A stretch of DNA of 64,000 nucleotides, taken from the NCBI GenBank assembly GCA_965277805.1, contig OZ255842.1, positions 2,240,001-2,304,000 of the forward strand, given 5' to 3'. The notes beneath the pieces are model-generated. The model searched no databases and was not told the DNA's origin. It was given only the letters and a program-made list of their open reading frames with translations. This DNA comes from Candidatus Lustribacter sp. (GTDB lineage Bacteria; Vulcanimicrobiota; Vulcanimicrobiia; Vulcanimicrobiales; Vulcanimicrobiaceae). Shown piece by piece: positions 20,085-29,837 of the stretch. Numbering within the stretch: the first letter of the stretch is position 1; every line of letters starts with the position of its first letter. The translations under genes were made by a program, and so were the position numbers.

Positions 20085-21332
20085 GTGGCTAGAATCGTCG
20101 GATCCATCGCAGCATCGCACACGCCGACCATCGGCTTTGCGTTCGATCAGAACAAACAGTCCGACCCGTCCTGGGCACCGATATTCGAAGCGTTCGCGCC
20201 CGTCCAGAAGTGGCTACTCGAGCAGCGCCCCGACGTCATCTTCTATATCTTCAACGATCACGGCACGTCGTTTTTCTTCGACCACTACTCCGCGTTCGCG
20301 CTCGGCATCGGCAACACGTACGCGCCGGCCGACGAAGGCGGCGGGCCCCGCAAGCTGCCGCCGCTGACCGGCCATCCGAAGCTCGCCGCGCACATCGGCA
20401 ACGCGCTGATGTCGGAGGAGTTCGATCTCTCGTTCTTTCAGGACAAGCCGCTCGACCACGGCGCCTTCTCGCCGCTCTCCGTGCTGTGCCCGCACGAGCC
20501 GGCTTGGCCCGCGCCGATCGTACCGCTGCAGATCGGGGTCATCCAGTTTCCGATTCCCTCGGCGAAGCGCTGCTACAAGCTCGGCGCGGCGCTGCGGCGC
20601 GCGATCGAGAGCTATCCCGACGACCTGCGCGTCGTCATCATCTCGACCGGCGGCCTCTCGCACCAGGTTCACGGCGAACGCGCCGGCTTCAACAACACCG
20701 AGTGGGACAAGCAGTTTCTCGAGATGCTGGAAAACGATCCGGCAGCGCTCGCCGAGATGACGCACGCGCAACTCGCCACGCTCGGCGGCTTCGAAGGCGC
20801 CGAGGTGATCATGCACCTCGTGATGCGCGGCGCGATGTCGGCGAACGTTCGCAAGATCCACCAAGGCTACTACCTGCCGTCCATGACCGGCATCGGCGTC
20901 GCGGTGTACGAGAACGAAGCGCTCGATCCGCCGGCGGGCGTGCACGATGCGTACCGCGCGCAGATCGCCCATCAGTTGGACGGGATTGAAAAGCTCAGCG
21001 GCACGTACCCGTTTACGCTCGAACGCAGCGTGGCCGCGTACCGCATCAACAAGTTCGTGCACGAGCTGATCGTGCCGGCCAATCGCGCCGCCTTTCTCGA
21101 AGATCCCGAAGCCGCGTTCGCTCGTGCCACCCTCAGCGACGAGGAGCGCCGCATGATTCGCGACCGCGCGTGGCGCGACATGATCCACTACGGCGTGAGC
21201 TTCTTCATGCTCGAAAAGCTCGGCGCCGTGGTCGGCGTCTCAAATCTTCATATCTACGCCGCGATGCGGGGCGAATCGCTCGAAGAGTTTCAGAAGAGCC
21301 GCAACGCGCAGATCCTCTACTCGACCAGCTGA
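20085..21332 (+). CDS. desB: gallate dioxygenase (LigB-LigA fusion, DesB/GalA type)
   Basis: SHTPTIGFA, FNDH, DHG, TGGLSHQVHGERAGFNN, EGAE, C-terminal GTYPFT...IHYGVSFFMLEK domain. Confidence 0.9.
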   Translation: MARIVGSIAASHTPTIGFAFDQNKQSDPSWAPIFEAFAPVQKWLLEQRPDVIFYIFNDHGTSFFFDHYSAFALGIGNTYAPADEGGGPRKLPPLTGHPKLAAHIGNALMSEEFDLSFFQDKPLDHGAFSPLSVLCPHEPAWPAPIVPLQIGVIQFPIPSAKRCYKLGAALRRAIESYPDDLRVVIISTGGLSHQVHGERAGFNNTEWDKQFLEMLENDPAALAEMTHAQLATLGGFEGAEVIMHLVMRGAMSANVRKIHQGYYLPSMTGIGVAVYENEALDPPAGVHDAYRAQIAHQLDGIEKLSGTYPFTLERSVAAYRINKFVHELIVPANRAAFLEDPEAAFARATLSDEERRMIRDRAWRDMIHYGVSFFMLEKLGAVVGVSNLHIYAAMRGESLEEFQKSRNAQILYSTS

Positions 21333-22066
21333 ACCGGCTTACGGCCCCAGAACATCTCGATGCCGTGCCATTCCATCGACTGCGCGCCCTCGACGAACGA
21401 GCCGCACAACTCCATCAGTTCTTCATTCGAATACTGCGAGGCATCTTCGTAGCCCATCTGCGGCGGGAACAGCTTAGCAAACCACTGGCGCATGTGTACG
21501 TCGGCCTCGATGCGCTGGCGGAAACGGTCGCCGCCGAGCGTCGCCTCCGCCATAACGATGCGTCGGCCCGGTTTCATCACGCGTAGCAGTTCCGGGCATG
21601 TTTCGCGCCAGTCGTCGCAATGCTGCGTCGACTGCATGATCGCGACGATGTCGTAGGCCTCATCGGGCTTGCCGTGGGTGTAGGTCCACTGCCAGCAGCC
21701 CGTGCGGCCGTTGCGTCCGCGCACCCCGGCCAGCACGGCGTCCCGCCCTTCTTTGATGATTTCGACGATATCGACCGTGCCGGCCGGTCCGACCAATGCC
21801 CGCAAGCCGTCGCCCCACCCATTCACTTCGACAGCTTCGCCGATCACGAGCACCTTGTCGCCGGCGCGCACCTCGAGCAGGCCGTACAGCACGTCGGTCA
21901 ACGGACGCGCGACCACATTCCAGATGTACGGCAGCCCGCCGGCAAACGCGAACGCCAATTGCCATCGCTTACGCACATCATAATCTGCGATATCGGCGCC
22001 GAACATGTCGACGTCCCACGGCTGGACGAAGTCGAAGGGTTGCGCGTCGCTTTTGGGATCGCTCAT
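21317..22066 (-). CDS. class I SAM-methyltransferase-fold protein with degenerate motif I
   Basis: GDKVLVIG, VGPAGTV, DEAYDIV, ELLRVMKPGRRIV. Confidence 0.65.
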   Translation of the reverse strand: MSDPKSDAQPFDFVQPWDVDMFGADIADYDVRKRWQLAFAFAGGLPYIWNVVARPLTDVLYGLLEVRAGDKVLVIGEAVEVNGWGDGLRALVGPAGTVDIVEIIKEGRDAVLAGVRGRNGRTGCWQWTYTHGKPDEAYDIVAIMQSTQHCDDWRETCPELLRVMKPGRRIVMAEATLGGDRFRQRIEADVHMRQWFAKLFPPQMGYEDASQYSNEELMELCGSFVEGAQSMEWHGIEMFWGRKPVQLVE

Positions 22067-22645
22067 CTATGCGTGCTCACTTGCCGCCGTTTGGCCGCGC
22101 ATGTCGGGTAGCGGTCGCGCGTTGCCTGGGACCGGGGCGTCGAAGGTGTTGATCATCATCGCCGCCGTCGTATAAAACCCCGCTACCGTGATCATCTCGA
22201 TGAACAGGTCGAGCCCAAAGGCGCCGAGCACGAGACCGTACGTCTCTTCGGAAACGGTGCGCGTCCGCATGAGTTCGCTCGTCAACGCGACCACGATGCG
22301 TTCATCCTCGCGCTGGAATGCCGGTTCGCGGCCCTCACGGATCGCCGCCGCGATGCCGGGGTCAAGACCGGCCTTCATGGCCGCCGGCTCGTGCACGAAC
22401 CATTCGTACTGCGCGTTCCAATAGCGCGCGATCACGAGCACCATTAACTCGAACAACCGCCGGTCGAGCTTCCCGTCCAAACGCAGCGCGTTGCCGAAGC
22501 GGTTCGCCACGTCGGCGATCTGCGGTAGCCGAATCCAAAGCGCGAACGGCCCGCCGACGTTGCCGCGCGGACCTTTGATCTCTTCATACAGCCGTTGCTG
22601 GTCGACGCTCATCGCCTGCGGATCGAGGTCGGGAACCCGGCTCAT
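22067..22645 (-). CDS. carboxymuconolactone decarboxylase/AhpD-like family protein
   Basis: RG.VGGPF, ELMVLVIAR.W...YEW..H, AG.D, GFY. Confidence 0.87.
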   Translation of the reverse strand: MSRVPDLDPQAMSVDQQRLYEEIKGPRGNVGGPFALWIRLPQIADVANRFGNALRLDGKLDRRLFELMVLVIARYWNAQYEWFVHEPAAMKAGLDPGIAAAIREGREPAFQREDERIVVALTSELMRTRTVSEETYGLVLGAFGLDLFIEMITVAGFYTTAAMMINTFDAPVPGNARPLPDMRGQTAASEHA

Positions 22646-22664
22646 AGCGGCACACCGCCGGGCA

Positions 22665-23843
22665 TCATGAGCGAGCCTCTTGGCCCGGGGTGTCGACCAT
22701 GTCGTACCAGTGTTCGGACGCCTCGAAGCGGATGCACTCGTTCTGCGCCGGATCGCGAACCACGGCGACCGTCGGTGCCTCGCCGCGTTCGACGCGCCCT
22801 ATTTGCTCGGCCAGCATGCGCCGGAACATCACGATTCCGCGGTCGGTCGCGCCGAGATTCTCGAGGCTCCGGTCCGCGATCGCGCCCTGCGTTTCCCAAA
22901 CCACACGATCTTGGCCGTAAAACGTGTCGATACCGATGTCCTCGATCGTCAACCCGGGCGGGTCGAAGTCCTCGGTGTAGGGCGTCTCGGCGTCGGGAAC
23001 GATCGGGCCGGCCCCGGCAGGGAGCAATCCGACCCACACGATGCGCGTCGTCTCGTCGTCGATCGGGATACGAAAGTGCATCGCTTCCACCGGGCCCTCA
23101 GGCGTCCGCAAGATGTTCGGAAAAATGAACGGCGGCCAGGTCGCGAGCTCCGGATGGTCGCCGCCGTACTGCATGGATTTCTCGATTCCCCACTCGCAAA
23201 CACGCCAGTCATACCCCGTGATGGGCCGGCAAAAATAATCGGATACCGCGTCCGCCGTGCCGCCGTTGAGCATGCGCATACGGTGTCCGTGGAGCCAGTA
23301 CAGATGGGTCGTGTCGGCGGTGTTCTCCTGAATCTGCAACCAGTTGCAGCGATGCGGCGGAAGCACCGCAATTTTTCGGGGCCGATCGTTTCGCGCAAGC
23401 ACATCCCAGCGCGGGAGAAGCGGAATGGTTTCTGGCGGTCCCATGTAGATGAAGAGCAGCCCGCCCAGTTGCCGGACGGGATAGGTGCGAATGCCGAGCC
23501 CGGCATGCGGGGTCGCGGTCTCGAACGGTCGCTCGACACACGTTCCGGCCGTGCAGTCGAATTTCCAGCCGTGATAGCAACAGCGAATTCCGTCCGGCTC
23601 GAGAAATCCGAAAAACAACGAGGCGCTTCGGTGGGGGCAACGCTCCTGCACGCACGCATAGGTTTCGTCAGCGCGGCGAAAGACGACGAGATCCTCGCCC
23701 AGCACACGCACGCGCTTGCGGTCGACGGCGTCATTAAGCGCCTTGGCCGGACACAACACCTGCCAGTACCGGCGCAATAGCTCGCCTGCCGGTGTACCCT
23801 GGGCGACTCGGGCGAGCCGGTCGTTCTCGTCACTCGTTAGCAT
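22665..23843 (-). CDS. Rieske oxygenase (LigXa/phthalate dioxygenase-like) #2
   Basis: END.L.RV..GTPAGELLRRYWQ, CPHR...CCYHGW, ENTADTTHLYWLH, QD...ETQG. Confidence 0.92.
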   Translation of the reverse strand: MLTSDENDRLARVAQGTPAGELLRRYWQVLCPAKALNDAVDRKRVRVLGEDLVVFRRADETYACVQERCPHRSASLFFGFLEPDGIRCCYHGWKFDCTAGTCVERPFETATPHAGLGIRTYPVRQLGGLLFIYMGPPETIPLLPRWDVLARNDRPRKIAVLPPHRCNWLQIQENTADTTHLYWLHGHRMRMLNGGTADAVSDYFCRPITGYDWRVCEWGIEKSMQYGGDHPELATWPPFIFPNILRTPEGPVEAMHFRIPIDDETTRIVWVGLLPAGAGPIVPDAETPYTEDFDPPGLTIEDIGIDTFYGQDRVVWETQGAIADRSLENLGATDRGIVMFRRMLAEQIGRVERGEAPTVAVVRDPAQNECIRFEASEHWYDMVDTPGQEARS

Positions 23844-23882
23844 CGATCGATCCTTTCCGAATTGGAGGTTCCCAGTGCTGCC

Positions 23883-23922
23883 TTGCCGCACCATCGCAGC
23901 AGACGTTAAAATTCAATCTCAT
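23883..23922 (+). promoter_or_regulatory. sigma70-like promoter TTGCCG-N18-TAAAAT overlapped by operator-like TTAAAATTCAATCTCAT (23906-23922)
   Basis: Read directly; lies in a Rieske/SBP divergent gap. Confidence 0.6.
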
Positions 23923-23933
23923 TGGAGGCTTCT

Positions 23934-24974
23934 ATGCGGCATAGTCGTTTCACTGCGAGCTCGCTGCGCACGTTGGCAACAGTCGTCTGCGCACTCGCGA
24001 TGCCACTCAATGCCGGCGTTCCGGCGCTCGCCCAAGGAGCGCCGAACGGCGTTGAGACGATCAATGTGGGTACGTTCGGCCAAGGCATCGGGCCTTGGTG
24101 CATCGACGTCGCACGGGACCGCGGATTCTTCGATCAGGCCGGCGTCAAGATCGCGAGCACCATCGTGTTGTACGGCGACGCACCGATCATCAGCGCGCTC
24201 ATCAGCCGCCAAGTCGATATCGTTTTCGCCGGAACGGGTACGCTCGTGCCGCAAGCCAACGGCCAAACCGATCAAATCGCGGTCGTCGGCGGCGGCGAAG
24301 GCTATCCCGTTTCGCTCGTCGCTCCGGATTCGATCACGTCTGCCGCGCAGCTCGTCGGCAAGACGATCGATATGCCGGACAAATCGTCCTCGCTCACGAT
24401 CATCGGCACGAAGCAAGTCGACGCGCTCGTCGGCAAGGGCAAGTGGAACGCGATCTATAGCGGCGGAGCCAATGCCGCGCACTTCGCACTGCTGGCCGGC
24501 GGCCAAGTCCAGGCCGTGCTCGTCAACGATCCGGTCACTTTACCGCCGGATCAGCACTTGCACATCTTGGCGCGCCTCAATGCCGGGCAAGCCTACAACA
24601 ACGGACCGATTCTCACCACTAAAGCGTTCCTTCAATCGAAGCCGCAAGCCGCGATCCGCTTCCTGGCCGGCGTGGCCGCCGGTTGCAACTTCATCCTCAA
24701 TCCAAAAAACCGTACCGCATCGATCGACATTTTATCGAAGGATTCGGAAGTCGATCGCGACGCGTGCGCACAGGCCTACGATTTCTACGTCGCGGGACCG
24801 CAGCGCGGCCGCACGCCGCCGTTCGATGCGCGGCTAGACCGTAAGGCCTACGTCGCCGCCGTGAATTTGCTCAAAGAAGCCGGCACGATTACCGATAAAA
24901 CTTGGGACCCGCTGAGCGTCGTCGATGAATCGTACTTGGATAAAGCGCTGAAGATCGCCGGCAAACTGCACTAA
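23934..24974 (+). CDS. ABC substrate-binding protein (NMT1-like), paralog of 42370-43398
   Basis: GGAGG RBS, signal peptide ..PALAQ, VLYGD, QLVGKTI, GRTPPFDARLD. Confidence 0.85.
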   Translation: MRHSRFTASSLRTLATVVCALAMPLNAGVPALAQGAPNGVETINVGTFGQGIGPWCIDVARDRGFFDQAGVKIASTIVLYGDAPIISALISRQVDIVFAGTGTLVPQANGQTDQIAVVGGGEGYPVSLVAPDSITSAAQLVGKTIDMPDKSSSLTIIGTKQVDALVGKGKWNAIYSGGANAAHFALLAGGQVQAVLVNDPVTLPPDQHLHILARLNAGQAYNNGPILTTKAFLQSKPQAAIRFLAGVAAGCNFILNPKNRTASIDILSKDSEVDRDACAQAYDFYVAGPQRGRTPPFDARLDRKAYVAAVNLLKEAGTITDKTWDPLSVVDESYLDKALKIAGKLH

Positions 24975-24988
24975 GGAGCCCTTTTCCG

Positions 24989-25924
24989 ATGAGCGCCCGC
25001 CGCATCAGCCTGCTCTACCGGGACGTCGATCGGCTCCCGTACCTTCACGCGCTCGCCCGCTGCGCGCGCGCGTACGATCTCGAAATCGAACTCGTGCGCC
25101 ATCGCCAAACCGGTCCCGAGGACTGGAGCGAAAAACTCAAGCGCGGCGAGGTCGATGCGATCTCCGAGAACTACTGGGCCCTGCAGCGCTTTCGCGCGGC
25201 CGGGGAACCATTCGTCACGGTCGCATCCTCGGCGCACGAATGGCTCGAGTGGTTGCTGGTTCGTCCGGGGATCGCATCGCTGGAAGACCTGCGCGGCAAG
25301 CGCATTGCCGTGCGCGACGTCGGGCCGCAACGCTCGTACCCCGGCGTCGTCCTGCGGCGGCTCGGCCTTGCCGGCGATGTCGAACAAGTTCTGGTCACGG
25401 AAAAAGAAAACGGCCGTTGGGGCATGTGGAAAGCCGTCGTCGACGGGCGCTGCGATGCGTTCTTCATGCAGCCCGCTTACGGCGACGCCGCGCTCGCGGC
25501 CGGCTTGCGCCCGATCGCCGTTCCGCCGTTCGCGTTCGAGGGCGGCTACATCATCCCGACGCTCACCGAAGCCTACGTTGCGGCGAATCCCGAAACGGTG
25601 CGCGGCCTGGTGTTCGCCATGTTCGATGCGTGCCGCCGGGCGAAGCACGAATCCGGCTGGCTGCTGGAAGTCACGAAAGCCGACTCGCTCGGCGATCTGG
25701 CCGAGCACTTCGACTTTCAGGACGATGCCGAGGTCGAGCGCTTCGTTGCGCACCAAATCGACGAGATCGCCGAGATTCCGATTCCGGCGCCCGCCGGGTT
25801 GGTCAACGCGCTCGAGATCGCGAAGGCCCAATACGAGATTCCCGACGGCTTCAATCCGCTGGTGATGTGGGATCTCTCGTTCGTCCGCGAAGCCTTGGCT
25901 TCAACCGCCATTAAAGGACGCTGA
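24989..25924 (+). CDS. periplasmic-binding-protein-fold protein without signal peptide, paralog of 36354-37286
   Basis: GEVDAI, IASLEDLRGKRIAV, DGRCDA, YVAANPETVRGLV; no hydrophobic N-terminus. Confidence 0.75.
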   Translation: MSARRISLLYRDVDRLPYLHALARCARAYDLEIELVRHRQTGPEDWSEKLKRGEVDAISENYWALQRFRAAGEPFVTVASSAHEWLEWLLVRPGIASLEDLRGKRIAVRDVGPQRSYPGVVLRRLGLAGDVEQVLVTEKENGRWGMWKAVVDGRCDAFFMQPAYGDAALAAGLRPIAVPPFAFEGGYIIPTLTEAYVAANPETVRGLVFAMFDACRRAKHESGWLLEVTKADSLGDLAEHFDFQDDAEVERFVAHQIDEIAEIPIPAPAGLVNALEIAKAQYEIPDGFNPLVMWDLSFVREALASTAIKGR

Positions 25925-25925
25925 C

Positions 25926-28115
25926 ATGAGTACGGTAGCCGAACCCGCGCGCGTCACGCGCAAGGTCGACCCGGTGACCTTCGAGGTCATCCGGCACCGG
26001 CTCGTGGGAATTACCGAAGAACAAGCGGCGCGCTTGATGACGGTGTCGGGCTCGAAACACGTCACCGAAATGTCCGACTACAATGTGGGCCTCTATCTGC
26101 ACGACGGCTCGGTCGCGGCGATGGGACGCACGATCCTCTACCACTCGTCGTCGATGGCCGCGCTCGTGCGCAGCGTGATCGCCGACTGCAGCGACGAACC
26201 CGGCATCGCACCTGGCGACGTCTTCATCGTCAACGATCCCTGGAAGGGTTCGGTGCACGCGCCCGACATGGCGCTCATTACGCCGATTCACATCGGCGAA
26301 CAGCTGATCTTCTGGTCGGGCGCGATGATGCACATGTCCGACATCGGCGGCATGCATGAGGGCAGCGTGATGTTACCGGCGAGCGAAGCGTATCAGGAAG
26401 GGCTCCTTCTTCCACCGCTCAAGCTCGTTTCCAAAGGCGTGATCCGCCAAGACGTGTGGCGCATGGTGCTCGGCAACTGCCGTCATGCCTCGACGATGGG
26501 GCTCGATCTCAAGGGACTGATGGCAGCCAACAACGCGGCCGTGACCGGGCTGCAGCAACTCGGCGAGCGCTACGGCGTCGAAACGCTGCTAGACGTCATG
26601 GCGTCGTTGATCGAACTCTCCGAAACGCGTCTGCGCGCGCGTTTGCGCGAACTTCCCGAAGCGACGGTCGAAGCGAGCGGGTACCTCGAATTCGATCCGG
26701 GGCTGGGCGACTGTCCGGTCGTGCATCTCGAACTCACCAAGCGCGGCGACGGCCTCACGCTCGATTTTTCCAAATCGTCGCCGCAAGTGCAGAGCTCGGT
26801 GAACTGCACGATCGGCGGCCTCATGGCGGGTGTCTCAGCCGGTCTCTTGCCGACGCTGGCCTACGACATTCCGTGGAACGAAGGCCTCTACCGTCCGCTC
26901 AACGTCATCTGCCCCGAAGGCAGGATCTGCAACGCTCGCCGGCCCGCAGCGCTCAGCGGCAACATCGCCGGTGCAGTGTGGGAAGCCGAAATGGCGACGA
27001 CGGTTGCGCTCTCGCGCCTGGCGGCGTGTTCCGAAGACTACCGGCACGAGGCGCAAGCCTCATCGACGGCGCGTCCGGGTTCGCTCTTCTTCTTCGGCAC
27101 CAATCAGCTCGGCGAACGTTTCGCCGGACGCACCTACGACGTGCTCGGTTCGGGCGGCGGCGCATACGCCGATCACGACGGGGTATCTTCGCACGGCCAC
27201 CACAGCATCGAGCGCCCGCTGATCAGCAACGTCGAATCACTTGAACTGGATCTGCCCATCCTTTATCTCCAGCGCCGCTGGGCGGCCGATAGCGGCGGCG
27301 CCGGAAAGCGGCGCGGCGGCTCGAGCATTCTCTCGATTTACAAACCGCATGGCGCGACGCCGACGTTCCAACGGCTCGGCTTCCGCTGGGAAGTGCCGGA
27401 CGCGATGGGACTGTTCGGCGGCTATCCGGGTTCACAGATGGGCAGTGTGCTGATGCGTCGCACGAACGTCGCCCAAACGATGGCCGGCGGCCACGTGCCG
27501 AACTTTGACGAGGTCGACGGAGAGCGATACGTCCTGCCGCCGCAGCGGCCGATGGCGATCGTGCTCGACACCGACGATGTCGTGCGCGCCGATCCGCCGG
27601 GGCCGGCCGGTTGGGGCGATCCGCTCGAACGCAGCCTCGACGATCTCGACGTCGACGTCCAATTTCACGACGTCTCGCGCGCGGCCGCCGAACGGCTCTA
27701 CGGCTGCGTCTTCGATGCGACCGGAACGATCGATCGCACCGCCACCGCGCAGCGTCGCGCGGAGTTGCGTGATGAACGCAAGGCTTGGGTGAAGCGTAAA
27801 ACGGGCAGTCGCGATGCGCACGGCAAGCTCGCGCGCCGCTTTCACCTAGGGGACGCGCTCGAGATCGCGCGCGACGAAGCGGGCGCCGACTGGACCGTGT
27901 GCACGTGCGGTTTCGTGATCGCGCCGGCGGCAGAGAATTGGCGCGAGTATGCCGCCGCACGCGTCGCCCAACCCGATGACGTCGCCGTCAACATGTTGGT
28001 GCACGCGCCGCTCGAACTGCGTCAGTATGCGTGCCCGGGTTGCGGCCGCCTCCATGCGGCCGATCTTTGCCGAGCCGGCGCCCCCGATCCGTACGACATC
28101 CGGCTGGTGCTCTAG
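25926..28115 (+). CDS. hydantoinase B/oxoprolinase-family subunit fused to acetone-carboxylase-gamma-like Zn domain (#1)
   Basis: DPVTFEVIRH, NDPWKGSVHAPD, HMSDIGG, YQEGL.LPP.K, DSGGAGK.RGG, GWGDPLER; C-terminal CTCG..ENWR..CPGCG. Confidence 0.9.
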   Translation: MSTVAEPARVTRKVDPVTFEVIRHRLVGITEEQAARLMTVSGSKHVTEMSDYNVGLYLHDGSVAAMGRTILYHSSSMAALVRSVIADCSDEPGIAPGDVFIVNDPWKGSVHAPDMALITPIHIGEQLIFWSGAMMHMSDIGGMHEGSVMLPASEAYQEGLLLPPLKLVSKGVIRQDVWRMVLGNCRHASTMGLDLKGLMAANNAAVTGLQQLGERYGVETLLDVMASLIELSETRLRARLRELPEATVEASGYLEFDPGLGDCPVVHLELTKRGDGLTLDFSKSSPQVQSSVNCTIGGLMAGVSAGLLPTLAYDIPWNEGLYRPLNVICPEGRICNARRPAALSGNIAGAVWEAEMATTVALSRLAACSEDYRHEAQASSTARPGSLFFFGTNQLGERFAGRTYDVLGSGGGAYADHDGVSSHGHHSIERPLISNVESLELDLPILYLQRRWAADSGGAGKRRGGSSILSIYKPHGATPTFQRLGFRWEVPDAMGLFGGYPGSQMGSVLMRRTNVAQTMAGGHVPNFDEVDGERYVLPPQRPMAIVLDTDDVVRADPPGPAGWGDPLERSLDDLDVDVQFHDVSRAAAERLYGCVFDATGTIDRTATAQRRAELRDERKAWVKRKTGSRDAHGKLARRFHLGDALEIARDEAGADWTVCTCGFVIAPAAENWREYAAARVAQPDDVAVNMLVHAPLELRQYACPGCGRLHAADLCRAGAPDPYDIRLVL

Positions 28116-28117
28116 GC

Positions 28118-28825
28118 GTGTCCGACATCGCCGATTTGATCGCACGCGCTGTGCGCGTGTGCAACGCCGAGCACGTCATGGACTGGAACGGCCACGTCAG
28201 CGGCCGCGACGAACGCGACCCCAACGTCATGTGGATCAACAACCGGCACTCGAGCCGTTCGACCTTGACGGCAACTGACATCGTGCCGTTCGACATCGCC
28301 GCCGGCAAACGCATCGGCGAGGGCATCGAACCGCCGAGCGAATGGTACATCCACACCTGGATCTACCAGCTGCGGCCCGACGTGTCCGGCATCGTCCACT
28401 CGCATCCCGAGTCGATCGTTACGCTGTCCGCGCTCGGCCGTCTCCTCAAGCCGATCACTCAAACCGGCGTGCAAGCCGGCATCCCGGAAGACGGCGCGCC
28501 CGTGTTCGATAAGGTCGAGACCGTGCACACGCATGCGGACGGCGAAGCGCTCGCGCGCACCCTCGGCAACGCACCGATCGTCGTGCTGCGCCAGCATGGA
28601 GCGGTGACGGTCGGCAGCATGGTCGAGGAAGCCGTTAACCGCATGATCACGAGCGAAGGGAACGCGCGCCAGCTGCTGGCCGCACTGCAGATCGGCGAGC
28701 CAACGTACATTCGCGGCGAAGAATGGCAGCGCATCGGCGGCGGTGGACGCGATTCGAAGCACGGCGTGCTCAAACAGTGGACGTATTTCGAGGAGTCGGC
28801 ACGCAAGAACGGCGCGCTGGATTAG
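28118..28825 (+). CDS. class II aldolase/adducin-family protein
   Basis: GHVSGR, PSEWYIH, IVHSHP, LRQHG. Confidence 0.9.
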   Translation: MSDIADLIARAVRVCNAEHVMDWNGHVSGRDERDPNVMWINNRHSSRSTLTATDIVPFDIAAGKRIGEGIEPPSEWYIHTWIYQLRPDVSGIVHSHPESIVTLSALGRLLKPITQTGVQAGIPEDGAPVFDKVETVHTHADGEALARTLGNAPIVVLRQHGAVTVGSMVEEAVNRMITSEGNARQLLAALQIGEPTYIRGEEWQRIGGGGRDSKHGVLKQWTYFEESARKNGALD

Positions 28826-28829
28826 CCCC

Positions 28830-29828
28830 ATGAGCACGCTCGAACTGAGTTGCGCGCTCACCGAAAACACGCACACCCAGGCGATCATCGCCGGTGAGAT
28901 CGCCCCGGAAGCCATCACGTTTCATACGAGCGCGCTGTACCCGACGGAAGTGTTCTGGCGCCAGCTGCATCACGCCGAATTCGACGTCTCCGAAATTTCC
29001 ATCGCCTCGCTCTTGATCGCACTCTCAAAAGGCCTCGACGACTGGGTCACGCTGCCGGTCTTCACCGTCCGCCGCTTTTTCCACACCGGGGTGATGGTGC
29101 GCACCGATCGCGGCATCGACGCTCCCGCCGATCTCGCGGGCAAACGCGTCGGCGTGCCGGAATTTCAGCAGACCTCGGCGGTTTGGAGCCGAGGTATCCT
29201 GCGCGATGAGTTCGGGGTCGATCCCGCCTCGATGGAATGGTTCATGGAGCGCAACCCGGGACAGAGTCACGGCAGCGCCACCGGCTTCACGCCACCGCCG
29301 GGCGTTCGCCTAACCTACATTCCGCGCGAAAAAAGCATCGGGCGAATGCTCGTCGACGGGGAACTCGACGCGCTGATCCATTTCAGCCCGGGCAACAACA
29401 TCATCGACCGCACGACGGTCAATCCGCTCGCCCACCCGCAGGTCCGGCGCCTATTTCCGTCGCCGGAAGCCGAAGCAATCCGCTACTACCGCAAGAGCGG
29501 GATCTATCCGATCAACCACTTCGTCATCGTCCGGCGCTCGCTCACCGAACGATACCCGTGGATCGTGCTCAACATCTACAACGCGTTCTGCGCGGCGCAA
29601 CAACGGCTTGCAACCCAACTCGCTGCGTTGATCGAACCCTACGCCGCCGTCGGTACCGTACCGGCGGAAACGATCGCGGCCATGAAGGCGGCGGACGTCA
29701 TGCCGTACGGCGTCAAGGCCGGCCGCAAGGCGGTCGAGAGCATCGTGCGCTTCTTACACGCCGACGGTCTCATCGATCGTCCGCTCGCGCCGGCTGACAT
29801 TTTCGCCCCGCAAACTCTTGATCTCTAG
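28830..29828 (+). CDS. 4,5-dihydroxyphthalate decarboxylase-like protein
   Basis: FWRQL..EFDVSE.S, LPVF..R.F.H, GVPEFQQTSAVW.RG.L, YYRK.GIYPINH, PYG. Confidence 0.88.
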   Translation: MSTLELSCALTENTHTQAIIAGEIAPEAITFHTSALYPTEVFWRQLHHAEFDVSEISIASLLIALSKGLDDWVTLPVFTVRRFFHTGVMVRTDRGIDAPADLAGKRVGVPEFQQTSAVWSRGILRDEFGVDPASMEWFMERNPGQSHGSATGFTPPPGVRLTYIPREKSIGRMLVDGELDALIHFSPGNNIIDRTTVNPLAHPQVRRLFPSPEAEAIRYYRKSGIYPINHFVIVRRSLTERYPWIVLNIYNAFCAAQQRLATQLAALIEPYAAVGTVPAETIAAMKAADVMPYGVKAGRKAVESIVRFLHADGLIDRPLAPADIFAPQTLDL

Positions 29829-29837
29829 AGGATACAC

